Both the position numbers and the translations under genes were made by a program. The notes under the pieces were generated by a model. It searched no databases, was not told the origin of the DNA, and saw nothing but the letters and a program-made list of their open reading frames with translations. 44,728 bases of DNA from Acidobacteriota bacterium (GTDB taxonomy: Bacteria; Acidobacteriota; Thermoanaerobaculia; UBA5066), in contig JBDTML010000073.1 in NCBI GenBank assembly GCA_039934255.1, forward strand, positions 1-44,728, given 5' to 3'. Shown here in pieces: positions 31,613 to 41,085 of this stretch. How positions within the stretch are numbered: position 1 is the first letter of the stretch; each line of letters starts with the position of its first letter.

Positions 31613-32539
31613 TCAAGCCCGGGGGTGCGTCCGGTCGTAGACCTTCCGGACCCGCGAACGTGAGACGTGGGTGTAGATCTCGGTCGTCGCGATGTCCGCG
31701 TGGCCGAGCATCATCTGCACGGCCCTGAGATCGGCGTCGTTGTCGACGAGATGGGTGGCGAACGCATGCCGAAGGACGTGTGGCGACACGGCGGACGCCG
31801 CCAGGCCCGCCTTCCGCGCGGCGGCCTTGAGCGCCAGGAAGACGGTCTGCCGCGTGATCGGCTTCCCCCGTGCGCCCGGGAACACCCATCGCCCCGCGGC
31901 ACCCGATGCTTTGGACCGTGCGGCCTTCAGATAGCGCGCCACCCAGCGCGCCGAGGAATCTGCGATCGGCACGACCCTCTCCTTCGCGCCCTTGCCGCGT
32001 ACCACGATGAATCCTTCAGGCAGGCGCAGCGCTTCGACGGGCAATCCGGCGACCTCGGAGACGCGGAGGCCGCACGCATAAAGCAGCTCGAACAAAGCGC
32101 GGTTGCGCAGACCCTTCGGCGTCGTCACGTCGGGCCCGTCCAGGAGACGGGTCACTTCCTCCGGCGAGAGGACTTTCGGCAGCATCGCCCACCGGCGGGC
32201 GTTCGTGAGGTCGGCCGTCGGATCCATCTCGAGAATCTTCTCGGCGGCGAGAAATCCGTAAAGACCGCGGAGCGCCGAAGTGAGTCTCGCGAGGGTGCGC
32301 GGCGACATTCCTTCCGCGCGTCGGATCCCGAGATAGGCGACGATGTCGCCCCGCTGGACCCGGGACGGATTCGCCCGCGAGGACACGAGATGCGCCCCGA
32401 ACGCCGCGAGATCGCGGTGATAAGCCTCGAGCGTGTTCGAAGAGAGGCCCTTTTCCGCCGAAAGATAGTCGAGGTAGAGCGGGAGGTGCTTCTGAAAGAA
32501 GACGCCGGCCGGCGTTTTGGCAGGAGATCCCGAACTCAC
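31613..32539 (-). CDS. xerD: Tyrosine recombinase XerD
   Basis: LSSNTLEAY, LLYACGLRVSE, GKGAKERVVP and SPHVLRHAFATHL..ADLRAVQMMLGHADIATTEIYTHV (XerD-type tail). Confidence 0.9.
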   Translation of the reverse strand: MSSGSPAKTPAGVFFQKHLPLYLDYLSAEKGLSSNTLEAYHRDLAAFGAHLVSSRANPSRVQRGDIVAYLGIRRAEGMSPRTLARLTSALRGLYGFLAAEKILEMDPTADLTNARRWAMLPKVLSPEEVTRLLDGPDVTTPKGLRNRALFELLYACGLRVSEVAGLPVEALRLPEGFIVVRGKGAKERVVPIADSSARWVARYLKAARSKASGAAGRWVFPGARGKPITRQTVFLALKAAARKAGLAASAVSPHVLRHAFATHLVDNDADLRAVQMMLGHADIATTEIYTHVSRSRVRKVYDRTHPRA

Positions 32540-32576
32540 TCGTCGATTCTACGGAAGCCGGCCCCCCAGCGTCGGG

Positions 32577-33851
32577 TCACGAGCCCGGACGGCGTTCTAC
32601 GGCCGGAACCTCCGCGCCCGCAGGATCGGGTAGGGTCGACAGCAACGTCCGGATTTCAGCCTCGGAAAGGACGTGGTCGGAGGCCTTTGCGGCCCGGTAG
32701 AGAGCGGCGACCCGCCGGGGCGTCGGTTCGATGCCCCGTTCCCGCAGCCAGAAGATCACGTTGGACTCTCCGGACATGGGGCCCACTTCGATCACCTGCG
32801 CGAGGCCCACCATGGCGGCGGGGACGCCGGAGTAGATCCGGTCCGCGAGCCAGTCGTCGCCCTTCTCGCGCGCTTTCACGATCGCGGCCGCGTGACCGCC
32901 GGTTCCGGTCCGGAACGCATCGCGCCCGACGACCGGGTAGCCGTCGGGGATCGGCACCTTCAGGTACGCGGACACCTTCGCGACGTAACGCGAGAGAGCG
33001 GACAAGTCGCGATCGATCCAGCCGAGGAGCTGGAGGTTCACGAGCAGGAGATCGAGCGGCGTGTTTCCCACACGTTCGCCGACGCCCAGCCCGCATCCGT
33101 GAATGCGGTGCGCCCCGGCGCGGAGGGCGGCGAGAGAATTCGCGATGGAGAGCCCGCGGTCCTCGTGGCCGTGCCAGTCGATTCGCACGCTCGGGTTCTC
33201 CCGCGCCACGAATTCCGCGAGGAAGCCAACGAGCGCGGCGGCTCCTTCGGGCGTCGCGTGGCCCACCGTGTCGCAGACACAGATGCGAGACGCTCCCGCG
33301 GCGATCGCGGTCCCGTAAAGAGCGACGAGGTCCTCGGGGCGAGCGCGCGTCGTGTCTTCGGTCACGTACGTGACGTGGAGTCCGTGGCGCACGCCGAGCG
33401 TCACAGCATCGCGCGTCAGCTTCATCATGCGCGAGAGTTCCCAGTCCTCGACGTATTGCCGGATCCGCGAAGACCCGATGAAGGTGGTCATCTCGAGAGC
33501 CCGTCCCACGCGCTGGGAAATCTCGATGATCGGCTCGACGTCGGAGGCGAGCGTACGGGCCGCGCATCCCGGGCGCAGCGTGAGACCCGACTCCGTCATG
33601 CGGCGAACGAGCCATTCGACGTCCTCGCGCGAGCTCCCGCCCGCGGCCGGAATGCCGATGACGGCGGTGTCGATCCCCAGCCTCTCCATGAGGACGATCA
33701 GTTCGAACTTCTCGTCGAGCGTCGGCGTGACCGCCGACGGCGACTGGAGGCCGTCGCGGAGCGTCTCGTCGACGAGCCCCACGGGGACGTGCCGGGGCCG
33801 GCTTTCGCCGGCGGCGCGGTTCCAGTCGTAGACGAGGCGCTGAGTGTCCAT
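32577..33851 (-). CDS. 2-isopropylmalate/homocitrate synthase family (DRE-TIM metallolyase) lacking the LeuA regulatory domain
   Basis: DETLRDGLQS, CDTVG, HGHEDRGL, GVGERVGN and GPMSG; 424 aa with no C-terminal allosteric domain. Confidence 0.88.
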   Translation of the reverse strand: MDTQRLVYDWNRAAGESRPRHVPVGLVDETLRDGLQSPSAVTPTLDEKFELIVLMERLGIDTAVIGIPAAGGSSREDVEWLVRRMTESGLTLRPGCAARTLASDVEPIIEISQRVGRALEMTTFIGSSRIRQYVEDWELSRMMKLTRDAVTLGVRHGLHVTYVTEDTTRARPEDLVALYGTAIAAGASRICVCDTVGHATPEGAAALVGFLAEFVARENPSVRIDWHGHEDRGLSIANSLAALRAGAHRIHGCGLGVGERVGNTPLDLLLVNLQLLGWIDRDLSALSRYVAKVSAYLKVPIPDGYPVVGRDAFRTGTGGHAAAIVKAREKGDDWLADRIYSGVPAAMVGLAQVIEVGPMSGESNVIFWLRERGIEPTPRRVAALYRAAKASDHVLSEAEIRTLLSTLPDPAGAEVPAVERRPGS

Positions 33852-33868
33852 CGGGATAAGATCGCATT

Positions 33869-35029
33869 ATGGTCGATTCACTCGGTATCGTGGGCTACGA
33901 CTCGTTCCATTTCGTCGTCAAGGACCTCGAGCGGAGCCGCCGGTTTTACGCGGAAGCACTCGGCTTCTCGGAGGTCGCACGCGCGTCCGCTTCGAAGATC
34001 GAAAAGGGCGGCGAGGTCGCCTCGGTCTTCGGCGCCGGGCAAATCCGTGTCCTCGTGTCCAGTCCGAACCGAGCCGACTCCCGGGCGGCGCGCTTCCTGA
34101 AGATCCACCCTGACGGCATTTCCTCTCTCGCCTTTCGCGTGCGGGACATCCAGGCCGCCTGGGACTTCCTGGCCTCCCGGGGCGCCACGTTCCTGTCGGA
34201 CATTGCCGTCGACGAGGTGGAAAGCGGCGCGTTCCGTACCTTCAACATCGCGACACCGCTCGACGACACGACGTTTCGCTTCATCGAACGGGACGGGAAA
34301 TATCCGCGCTTCGCGCCCGACTTCGAGGACGTGGGAGACGGCAACCCGCGCGAAAGCCCGCACGGCTTCGCCACGATCGACCATGTGACGTCGAACGCCT
34401 ACACGATGCTGCCCGTCGTGAACTGGTACCGGGACGTCCTCGGTTTCTCGCATTACTGGGACGTCGAGTTCCACACGGCCGAGCGGGGCGGCCGCCGCAT
34501 GACGGGATCGGGCCTCCGCTCCATCGTCATGGCTGACCCCGGCAGCGGTGTGAAGTTCGCCACGAACGAGCCCATGCGGCCCTTCTTTCGCGACAGCCAG
34601 ATCAACCGCTTCTGCGAGGACCATCATGGCGCGGGCGTGCAGCACATCGCCTTCCTCGTGAAGGAGATCATCCCGGCCGTGGAGGCCCTGCGCGGTAAAG
34701 GCATCCAGTTCCTTCCGGCGCCGGGGGCGTATTACGACCGGCTTCCGAAGCGCCTTGAAGACGTGAAGATCACGAACCTCCGGGAGCCCGTGGACGCGCT
34801 GCGCAGGAACCACATTCTCGTGGATGGTGCCGACGACAAATACATGCTCCAGATCTTCATGCTCGACGCGATGGCGATGTACGGCGACGAGAACGCCGGT
34901 CCGTTCTTCTACGAAATCATCCAGCGCGAGGGCGACCGTGGCTTTGGCTACGGGAACTTCCGTGCGCTTTTCGAGTCGATCGAGGCCGCCCAGCGGTCGG
35001 ACTCGTCCGCGCTCGAAGTCGTTGGTTGA
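33869..35029 (+). CDS. hppD: 4-hydroxyphenylpyruvate dioxygenase
   Basis: Two VOC domains; IDHV, SGLRSIVM, NEP, GVQHIA, LQIF, FFYEIIQR and GFGYGNFRALFESIE. Confidence 0.93.
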   Translation: MVDSLGIVGYDSFHFVVKDLERSRRFYAEALGFSEVARASASKIEKGGEVASVFGAGQIRVLVSSPNRADSRAARFLKIHPDGISSLAFRVRDIQAAWDFLASRGATFLSDIAVDEVESGAFRTFNIATPLDDTTFRFIERDGKYPRFAPDFEDVGDGNPRESPHGFATIDHVTSNAYTMLPVVNWYRDVLGFSHYWDVEFHTAERGGRRMTGSGLRSIVMADPGSGVKFATNEPMRPFFRDSQINRFCEDHHGAGVQHIAFLVKEIIPAVEALRGKGIQFLPAPGAYYDRLPKRLEDVKITNLREPVDALRRNHILVDGADDKYMLQIFMLDAMAMYGDENAGPFFYEIIQREGDRGFGYGNFRALFESIEAAQRSDSSALEVVG

Positions 35030-35030
35030 C

Positions 35031-35071
35031 AAGGAAAGAGAAAGAGAGATTCCTGGAATGAGTAAGAGGGG
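35031..35071 (-). repeat. Copy of dispersed motif with pyrimidine tail
   Basis: Reverse complement CCCCTCTTACTCATTCCAGGAATCTCTCTTTCTCTTTC; closely matches the copy starting at 39179. Confidence 0.6.
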
Positions 35072-35085
35072 ACCTCGGACGACAC

Positions 35086-36237
35086 ATGATTGATCGCATG
35101 CAGCTCGGCGAGGTGCCGGCAAAGCCGCACACGGCCTTCCGCTCGCCTTCCGGCGCGCTCCGCTTCGAGGAGTGCCTCACGCGGCGCGGCTTCGACGGCG
35201 AGTTCTCGATCCTCTACCACGAGGGCCCGCCCATGACGGACTCCCTCATTGGCCCGGCGGCGCCTGGCCGATGGGACCGCCAGGCTCCGCGGCCCGCGGA
35301 ACACCAGCCTCTCCGCCGCCGCCTTCTCCTCGGCGACAAGGCACCCGAGGGATTTACGCCGATTCTCTTCAACGACGACGTGACCGTCTCCTTGTTCCGG
35401 CTTCCCCGGGAAGCGGAGTCGCCCGACGGGTTTTCGAACGGCGACGGGGATGATCTTTTTTATTTCCATGAAGGAGAGGGAACGCTGGAGTCGCCTTTCG
35501 GCGATATCGCGATCCGCGGCGGGGACTACCTTGCCGTTCCGCGAGGCGTCGTCCATCGCCTCCGCATCTCTTCACCTTTCGAAGGAATTCTCTTCGAGAT
35601 GCGCGGAGGACTGCACCTGCCCCGCGAGTTCCGGAATCCCGTGGGTCAGCTGCGGATGGACGCGCCGTACACGCACCGCGATTTTGTCCGGCCCGTCTTC
35701 AAGGGCCCTCGCCCGGGACCGAAGCGCGTCCTCGTCAAGAAAGACGACGCTTTCGTCGAGCGCTTCCCGGTCGCATCGCCGTTCGACGTCGTCGGTTGGG
35801 ACGGAACTGTCTGGCCTTTCGCGTTCGACATCCTGAAGTACCAGCCGAAGACGGGCCTCATCCACCTGCCTCCCACGATCCATTCCACGTTCGCGGGGCG
35901 GAATGCGCTCGTCTGCTCGTTCGTGCCGCGCGTGACGGACACGCATCCCGACGCGATTCCCTGCCCCTATCCACACGCCTCAGTGGACTGCGACGAGATC
36001 ATCTATTACGTCCGTGGCAACTTCACGAGCCGGAAGGGCGTCGGGCCGAAGGCCGTCTCGCTGCACCCCGCGGGCGTTCCGCACGGCCCTCACCCGGGCG
36101 CGTACGAAGGGTCGATCGGCACTCGTTCGACCGACGAAGTCGCGGTCATGATGGACACGTTCGCGCCGCTCCGCCTGACCGAGCAGGCGCTCACCCTCGA
36201 ATCCCCCGGTTACCACGACAGCTGGATCCCGGGCTGA
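35086..36237 (+). CDS. hmgA: Homogentisate 1,2-dioxygenase
   Basis: KPHT, GF.G.FSILYH, NGDGD, FDVVGWDG, IHLPPTIH, PYPH, DEIIYY and LHPAGVPHGP; follows hppD. Confidence 0.92.
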   Translation: MIDRMQLGEVPAKPHTAFRSPSGALRFEECLTRRGFDGEFSILYHEGPPMTDSLIGPAAPGRWDRQAPRPAEHQPLRRRLLLGDKAPEGFTPILFNDDVTVSLFRLPREAESPDGFSNGDGDDLFYFHEGEGTLESPFGDIAIRGGDYLAVPRGVVHRLRISSPFEGILFEMRGGLHLPREFRNPVGQLRMDAPYTHRDFVRPVFKGPRPGPKRVLVKKDDAFVERFPVASPFDVVGWDGTVWPFAFDILKYQPKTGLIHLPPTIHSTFAGRNALVCSFVPRVTDTHPDAIPCPYPHASVDCDEIIYYVRGNFTSRKGVGPKAVSLHPAGVPHGPHPGAYEGSIGTRSTDEVAVMMDTFAPLRLTEQALTLESPGYHDSWIPG

Positions 36238-36261
36238 GGAGTGAAAGGGCGGACTGAGCCG

Positions 36262-36696
36262 TTACCCGACGAGCGGGTTTCGAACCTTTAGACCGCGGAA
36301 GCGGCCGAAGTCGCGATCGGCCGACCACAGTTCCTTCACGCCGTGGAGGACGCAGAGCGCCGCGATCCGCGCGTCGTGGATGCGGGGCCCGGTCACCCCG
36401 CCCGCGCGGATCAGGGAGGAGAGCGCGTCCCAGTAGCCAGACCCCTCATCGAGGAGCGCCAGCGAGGGAGACTCCATCCAGAAGGAAACCTGTTGCAGCG
36501 CCCGCTCCATCGGGGTCGGCGGCCTAAAGATCCTCGGATGGGTCACCACCGCCAGGAACTCGTGAACGCAGGGCCACGGGATCGCCCAGGTCTCGTCTGA
36601 GCCGGCCAGCTCTGCGACGCGGGCCTTCGCCCGTGCGTGCCATTCCGACTCGGCACGGTGGGCATGCACCAGGATGTTGGTGTCGACGGCGATCAA
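36262..36696 (-). CDS. vapC: VapC PIN-domain toxin
   Basis: MIAVDTNILV, EF, HDARIAA and SADRDF acidic PIN residues. Confidence 0.92.
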   Translation of the reverse strand: MIAVDTNILVHAHRAESEWHARAKARVAELAGSDETWAIPWPCVHEFLAVVTHPRIFRPPTPMERALQQVSFWMESPSLALLDEGSGYWDALSSLIRAGGVTGPRIHDARIAALCVLHGVKELWSADRDFGRFRGLKVRNPLVG

Positions 36697-36938
36697 CCGC
36701 CGCGTTCCTCATAGATCAGGGACCGCATCGTCTCCCAGTCGGAGAGGTCGACGCCGGGCTGAACGCCCTTTCCCTTGAAGCTGCCGTCGCGCAGCCGGAA
36801 TTCTTGCTTTCGCTCCCGCCCGGAGAGGACCTCGCGGAGTCCCTCCTCGAGGAGGGAGCGCAGGGTGCGCCCCTCCCTTTCCGCAGCTTTCCGCGCCTCA
36901 CGCATCAACGGGTCGCTGATCTCGACCGTCGTCTTCAT
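36693..36938 (-). CDS. vapB: VapB-type RHH antitoxin
   Basis: MKTTVEISDPL..ARKAAEREGRTLRSLLEEGLR ribbon-helix-helix; overlaps the vapC start. Confidence 0.88.
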   Translation of the reverse strand: MKTTVEISDPLMREARKAAEREGRTLRSLLEEGLREVLSGRERKQEFRLRDGSFKGKGVQPGVDLSDWETMRSLIYEERGG

Positions 36939-36974
36939 ATGGGTGACTATATCACCTGATACGGCGACCCATAT
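36937..36974. promoter_or_regulatory. vapBC promoter with inverted-repeat operator
   Basis: ATATGGGT (36937-36944) and ACCCATAT (36967-36974) flank an extended -10 box TGaTATAGT on the minus strand (36946-36954). Confidence 0.65.
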
Positions 36975-36990
36975 TGGCGACGCCGCCGCG

Positions 36991-37785
36991 TCAGCGGCCG
37001 GTAAATTTCGCCGGCCGCTTCTCGAGGAACGCGGCCACGCCCTCCTTCATGTCATCCGTCGAGGCGCAGAGCCCGAAAAGCGTCGCCTCGTAGTCCTCGG
37101 CCGCGGGAAATGGCATGTCGATGCCGCGGTTCACGGCGTCGAGGACGCAACCGACGGCGATCGGGGCGCGAGAAAGGATCTTCGAAAGGATCGCGCGGGC
37201 CGTCGTGAGAAGCTCGCCGGGCTCGACGACGCGGTTCACGAGGCCGATGCGAAAGGCTTCGTCCGCCGTGACGGGATCGCCCGTGAGGAGAATCTCGAGC
37301 GCCCGGCCCTTGCCGACGAGCCGCGGAAGCCGCTGCGAGCCCCCGTAGCCCGGCATCACGCCCAAATTCACTTCGGGCTGCCCCAGCTTCGCCGTCTTCG
37401 ACGCGACGCGGAGCGTGCACGCCATCGCGAGCTCGCAGCCACCCCCGAGCGCGAAGCCGTTCACGGCCGCGACGACGGGCTTGCCGAGGTTCTCGATTCG
37501 GTCGAAAAGGGTCTGTCCCTTCTTCGCGAAAGCGCGGGCGCCGGCCGGCGTCAGCGTGGTGAAGACGCGAATGTCGGCGCCCGCCACGAACGCCTTCTCG
37601 CCCGCTCCGGTCAGGATCACGCCCCCGACCGCGTCGTCCTGCCGGGCGCTCTCGAACGCGGCGGCGAGCGCATCCATGACCTCGGGGTTCAGGGCATTGA
37701 GCTTGTCCGGACGGTTGATCGTGATCGTGAAGATGCGGTCCGAAAGCTCGGTGACGACGATGTTCGCGGTGCTCTCGGCGCTCAT
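36991..37785 (-). CDS. crt: Enoyl-CoA hydratase (crotonase)
   Basis: INRPDKLNALN, AFVAGADI, VNGFALGGGCELAMAC, GQPEVNLG.MPGYGGSQRL and EGVAAFLEKR. Confidence 0.92.
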   Translation of the reverse strand: MSAESTANIVVTELSDRIFTITINRPDKLNALNPEVMDALAAAFESARQDDAVGGVILTGAGEKAFVAGADIRVFTTLTPAGARAFAKKGQTLFDRIENLGKPVVAAVNGFALGGGCELAMACTLRVASKTAKLGQPEVNLGVMPGYGGSQRLPRLVGKGRALEILLTGDPVTADEAFRIGLVNRVVEPGELLTTARAILSKILSRAPIAVGCVLDAVNRGIDMPFPAAEDYEATLFGLCASTDDMKEGVAAFLEKRPAKFTGR

Positions 37786-38288
37786 GCGAAAGGGTTCTCG
37801 TCGGCTGTGGGCCCGTAGATGGGAGGAAGCGGGACGTCGAGAAGCCGCAGGTAGACGGAGAGCTGCCCGCGATGGTGGATGACGTGGCTCAGGATAAAGC
37901 TCCTCACGACCGCGACACGCGGCATCGTGAAGAGCGTCTTCGACCCCATCGAGAGGCTCCAGCCGCCCATCGCCTTCGCGTCGTCGATCTGCGCCAGGGC
38001 CGCCTTGGCGTCCGCGACGACCTTGTCGAAGCGTTCGACGATGGCCGCAGCCCGCTCGGGAACGGCGCGCGAGGGATCCGGGGGCGCCGCCGCGGCGTCG
38101 AAGCCGTCGCCGAGGAGCGACTTCGTCCACTCCGGGAGAGTCGCGACGTGCATCGCGAGCTTGCCGAGAGACATGGACTTCGGGTGCGGCGCCCAGTCGA
38201 GCTTGCCGTCCGGCACGCGTTCGAGGAGCTTGCGGGTCGTCGCGCTTTCGCGGTCGAACTCCATGATGTAGGGATCGATCAGTTTCAT
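37782..38288 (-). CDS. DinB family protein
   Basis: E...TRKLLERVP, W.PHPKSM..LAMH, HVIHHRGQLSVYLR and YGPTADE. Confidence 0.88.
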   Translation of the reverse strand: MKLIDPYIMEFDRESATTRKLLERVPDGKLDWAPHPKSMSLGKLAMHVATLPEWTKSLLGDGFDAAAAPPDPSRAVPERAAAIVERFDKVVADAKAALAQIDDAKAMGGWSLSMGSKTLFTMPRVAVVRSFILSHVIHHRGQLSVYLRLLDVPLPPIYGPTADENPFA

Positions 38289-39157
38289 TTCCGGTTTCCC
38301 TTCTCGTCGTACTCGAAGAATCCCCTTCCGCTCTTCCTCCCGAATCTTCCGGCCAGCACCAGTCTTCGAAGGAGCGGCGGCGGCGCGAACCGCGCTTCGC
38401 GATATTCCGCGAACATGATCTCCGCGATCGCGTACACCGTGTCGAGCCCGACGTAGTCGAGGAGCTCGAACGGACCCATGGGATGCGCACAGCCCAGCTT
38501 CATTCCCGTGTCGATGTCCCGGAGCGAGCCCACTCCCTGCTCGTAGGCGCGAATCGCGTCGAGAAGAAAAGGCACGAGCAGCCGGTTCACGACGAAACCC
38601 GAGTTGTCGCCACACGCGATCGGCGTCTTGCCGAGCGACGTCGCAAAGGCCGTGACAGCCGCAAGCGTCTCGTCGGAGGTTTCGATGGCCCGGACGACCT
38701 CCACGAGCTTCATGACGGGGACGGGGTTGAAGAAATGCAGACCGGCGAAGCGATCGGGCCGTTTTGTCCCGGCCGCGAGCTCCGCGATCGTCAGGGACGA
38801 CGTGTTCGAGCAGAAGATTGCGTGCGGCGCGCACGCCTTGTCGAGCGCATCGAACACCTCGCGCTTGGCGCCCAGATTCTCGACGATCGCTTCGATGACG
38901 AGATCGGAAGAGGAGACTTCTGCTATAGAGGAAGAGAAGAGAAGACGGCGGCGAATCTCGTCTCCTGCTTTGGCGTCCAACTTGCCGCGTTCGATTGCCT
39001 TCGAAAGTGAATTCTCGATGCGGCGGCGGCCCGTGGCGAGCGCCTTTTCGTCGACCTCACGGACGACGACCGAGTACCCCGCCTTCGCGCACACCTCGGC
39101 GATGCCCGATCCCATGAGCCCGGCGCCCAGAACCCCAACCGTACGGATTTCAACCAA
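38285..39157 (-). CDS. hbd: 3-hydroxybutyryl-CoA dehydrogenase
   Basis: GAGLMGSGIA, EAIVE, SNTSSL, GLHFFNPVPVM, GFVVNR and HPMGP. Confidence 0.93.
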   Translation of the reverse strand: MVEIRTVGVLGAGLMGSGIAEVCAKAGYSVVVREVDEKALATGRRRIENSLSKAIERGKLDAKAGDEIRRRLLFSSSIAEVSSSDLVIEAIVENLGAKREVFDALDKACAPHAIFCSNTSSLTIAELAAGTKRPDRFAGLHFFNPVPVMKLVEVVRAIETSDETLAAVTAFATSLGKTPIACGDNSGFVVNRLLVPFLLDAIRAYEQGVGSLRDIDTGMKLGCAHPMGPFELLDYVGLDTVYAIAEIMFAEYREARFAPPPLLRRLVLAGRFGRKSGRGFFEYDEKGNRK

Positions 39158-39178
39158 CAGCCGGCCCCTGCCTTTCTT

Positions 39179-39242
39179 CCCTCTTAACCATTCAAAGAAA
39201 TCTCTTTCTCTTTCTCTCTTCCTTTCTCTCTCTTATTTTTTC
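39179..39242 (+). repeat. Copy of dispersed motif with long pyrimidine tract
   Basis: CCCTCTTAACCATTCAAAGAAATCTC followed by about 38 nt of almost pure C/T. Confidence 0.6.
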
Positions 39243-40427
39243 TCACGAGAGCGCTTCCACGACCAGCGCGATGCCCTGCCCGCCGCCGATGCACGCCGAC
39301 GCGAGGCCCCAGCGCTTCCCGCGGCGGCGCAGCTCCTTGAGGAGAGTGAGCGTCAGGCGCGCGCCGCTGGCCCCCAGCGGGTGCCCGAGAGCGATCGCGC
39401 CGCCGTTCACGTTCATTCTTTCGCGATCCACCCCGAGCTCCTTCACGACGCCCAGGATCTGCCCCGCGAAGGCCTCGTTGATTTCGATGAGATCCATCTC
39501 TCCGAGGGTCTTCCCGGCCTTCGCGAGCGCCGCGCGGCAGGCCGACACCGGGCCCATGCCCATCTCTGCGGGATCGCAGCCGGTGACCGCTTCCGACACG
39601 AGACGCCCGAGCGGGACGATTCCCTTTGCGCGGGCCCTTTCCTCCGTCGTCACGATCACCGCCACGGCCCCGTCCACGATGCCCGACGCGTTGCCCGCCG
39701 TCACCATCCCGTCTTTTCCGAAAGCGGGAGACAGCTTCGCGAGTCCCTCGAGGGTCGTGTCCGGCGTCAGGTGGTCGTCCTCCGTCACGGAGACGGTCTT
39801 GCGTCCCTTCTTCGCGTCGACGGAGACGATCTCCTCGGCGAGCCGACCTTCCGCCCGGGCGGCTAGTGCCTTCTGCTGGCTTTCGAGGGCGAATGCATCC
39901 TGTTCGGCGCGTGTGATCCCGAGGCGGCGCGCGATGTTGTCGGAGGTTTGCGCCATGGCGATCCCCGGCACGGTGTCGAAGAGGCCGCTCATGAGCGCGT
40001 CCTCGAGCTTGCCCTGCCCGAGCCGGAGCCCGGTGCGCGCGCCGCGGATGACGAAGGGCGCCTGGCTCATGTTTTCGGTGCCGCCCGCCAGAACGGCTTC
40101 CGTCTCTCCGAGCAAAATGCGGTGCTTCGCTTGGATGATCGCCTCGAAGCCGGAGCCGCAGAGGCGATTCACCGTCAGCGCGGGGACCTCTTTCGGCACC
40201 CCCGACCGGAGGCCGACGTGACGCGCGAGATAAATCGCGTCCGGCGAGGTCTGGAGCACGTTCCCGAAAATCACGTGTCCGATCTCCTCAGGGGAGAAAC
40301 GCGCGCGCCGCAGGGCTTCCTGGGACGCGGCGACGGCGAGGTCGGTGGCGCTCATGTCGGCGAAAAGGCCGTTGTAGTCGGCCATCGGCGTGCGGATTCC
40401 TTCGGCAAGAACAATTGTGGTCGTCAT
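39243..40427 (-). CDS. Acetyl-CoA C-acyltransferase (thiolase)
   Basis: NRLCGSG, TAGNASGIVDG, EINEAFA, NVNGGAIALGHPLGASG and SACIGGGQG. Confidence 0.94.
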   Translation of the reverse strand: MTTTIVLAEGIRTPMADYNGLFADMSATDLAVAASQEALRRARFSPEEIGHVIFGNVLQTSPDAIYLARHVGLRSGVPKEVPALTVNRLCGSGFEAIIQAKHRILLGETEAVLAGGTENMSQAPFVIRGARTGLRLGQGKLEDALMSGLFDTVPGIAMAQTSDNIARRLGITRAEQDAFALESQQKALAARAEGRLAEEIVSVDAKKGRKTVSVTEDDHLTPDTTLEGLAKLSPAFGKDGMVTAGNASGIVDGAVAVIVTTEERARAKGIVPLGRLVSEAVTGCDPAEMGMGPVSACRAALAKAGKTLGEMDLIEINEAFAGQILGVVKELGVDRERMNVNGGAIALGHPLGASGARLTLTLLKELRRRGKRWGLASACIGGGQGIALVVEALS

Positions 40428-41047
40428 TGGGTCCTCGGAGTCGGTTTTTCCAGTGCTTCCTGCGCGGCGGTGAGACGCGCGCGGAAGGGCTCGAGCGTTT
40501 TCATGTTCGCGCGGACGGAATCGGGCTCACGCACCTTCGATTCCCGGCGGATGCGCTCCGCCTCGCCTTCGAACTGCGTCGTCTGTTCGGCCAGCAGCTT
40601 CCGGGACCCCTCGTCGGCGGCGTCCGCCCGCCGGGCCTTCAAATCGCCCAGAGTCTTCTCGAGCATGGCGAGGGCCGACGCATTCAGCCGCGCCGTCATC
40701 GCGGCGGCGTCGGCTTCGAGCACGCGCTCTTTCACCCACAGGAACTCCTCGACGTTCACGCCGCGACCGCGGGCGGCCGCGACATCGGCGGGCACGGTCG
40801 TGAGCGGATCGCCCGCCGGAGTCGGGCGGGCACCACGGAGGTCCAGACGCACGCGGTCCAGGATCGAGAGGTAGGTCTCCACCTGGGCGACCGTCACGCG
40901 CCCGTCGGCCGGTGGCCGGTACACATCGCGAGTTTCGGCCCGGGAGAGCGGCGCGCTCGCCGGAATCCCCGATCCGCCGTCTTTCGGGCCGCAGCCCGTG
41001 CAAACCGTTGCGAGGGCCGCCGCGACGCAGAGAAGCAGAGGTCGCAT
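40424..41047 (-). CDS. Hypothetical lipoprotein
   Basis: Signal peptide with lipobox-like VCTG-C, helical body; stop overlaps the thiolase ATG. Confidence 0.7.
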   Translation of the reverse strand: MRPLLLCVAAALATVCTGCGPKDGGSGIPASAPLSRAETRDVYRPPADGRVTVAQVETYLSILDRVRLDLRGARPTPAGDPLTTVPADVAAARGRGVNVEEFLWVKERVLEADAAAMTARLNASALAMLEKTLGDLKARRADAADEGSRKLLAEQTTQFEGEAERIRRESKVREPDSVRANMKTLEPFRARLTAAQEALEKPTPRTQ

Positions 41048-41085
41048 ACCCGAATGATAGCCGCGTGGTACGATTTTTTGGTTCC

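Noticed and set aside
31613-32539. Tyrosine recombinase as a phage or island integrase
   Set aside because: Size and motifs match housekeeping XerD; no att sites, tRNA or cargo genes nearby.
36238-36990. vapBC as part of a mobile element
   Set aside because: No flanking repeats, transposase or compositional shift seen; looks like a solitary TA module.
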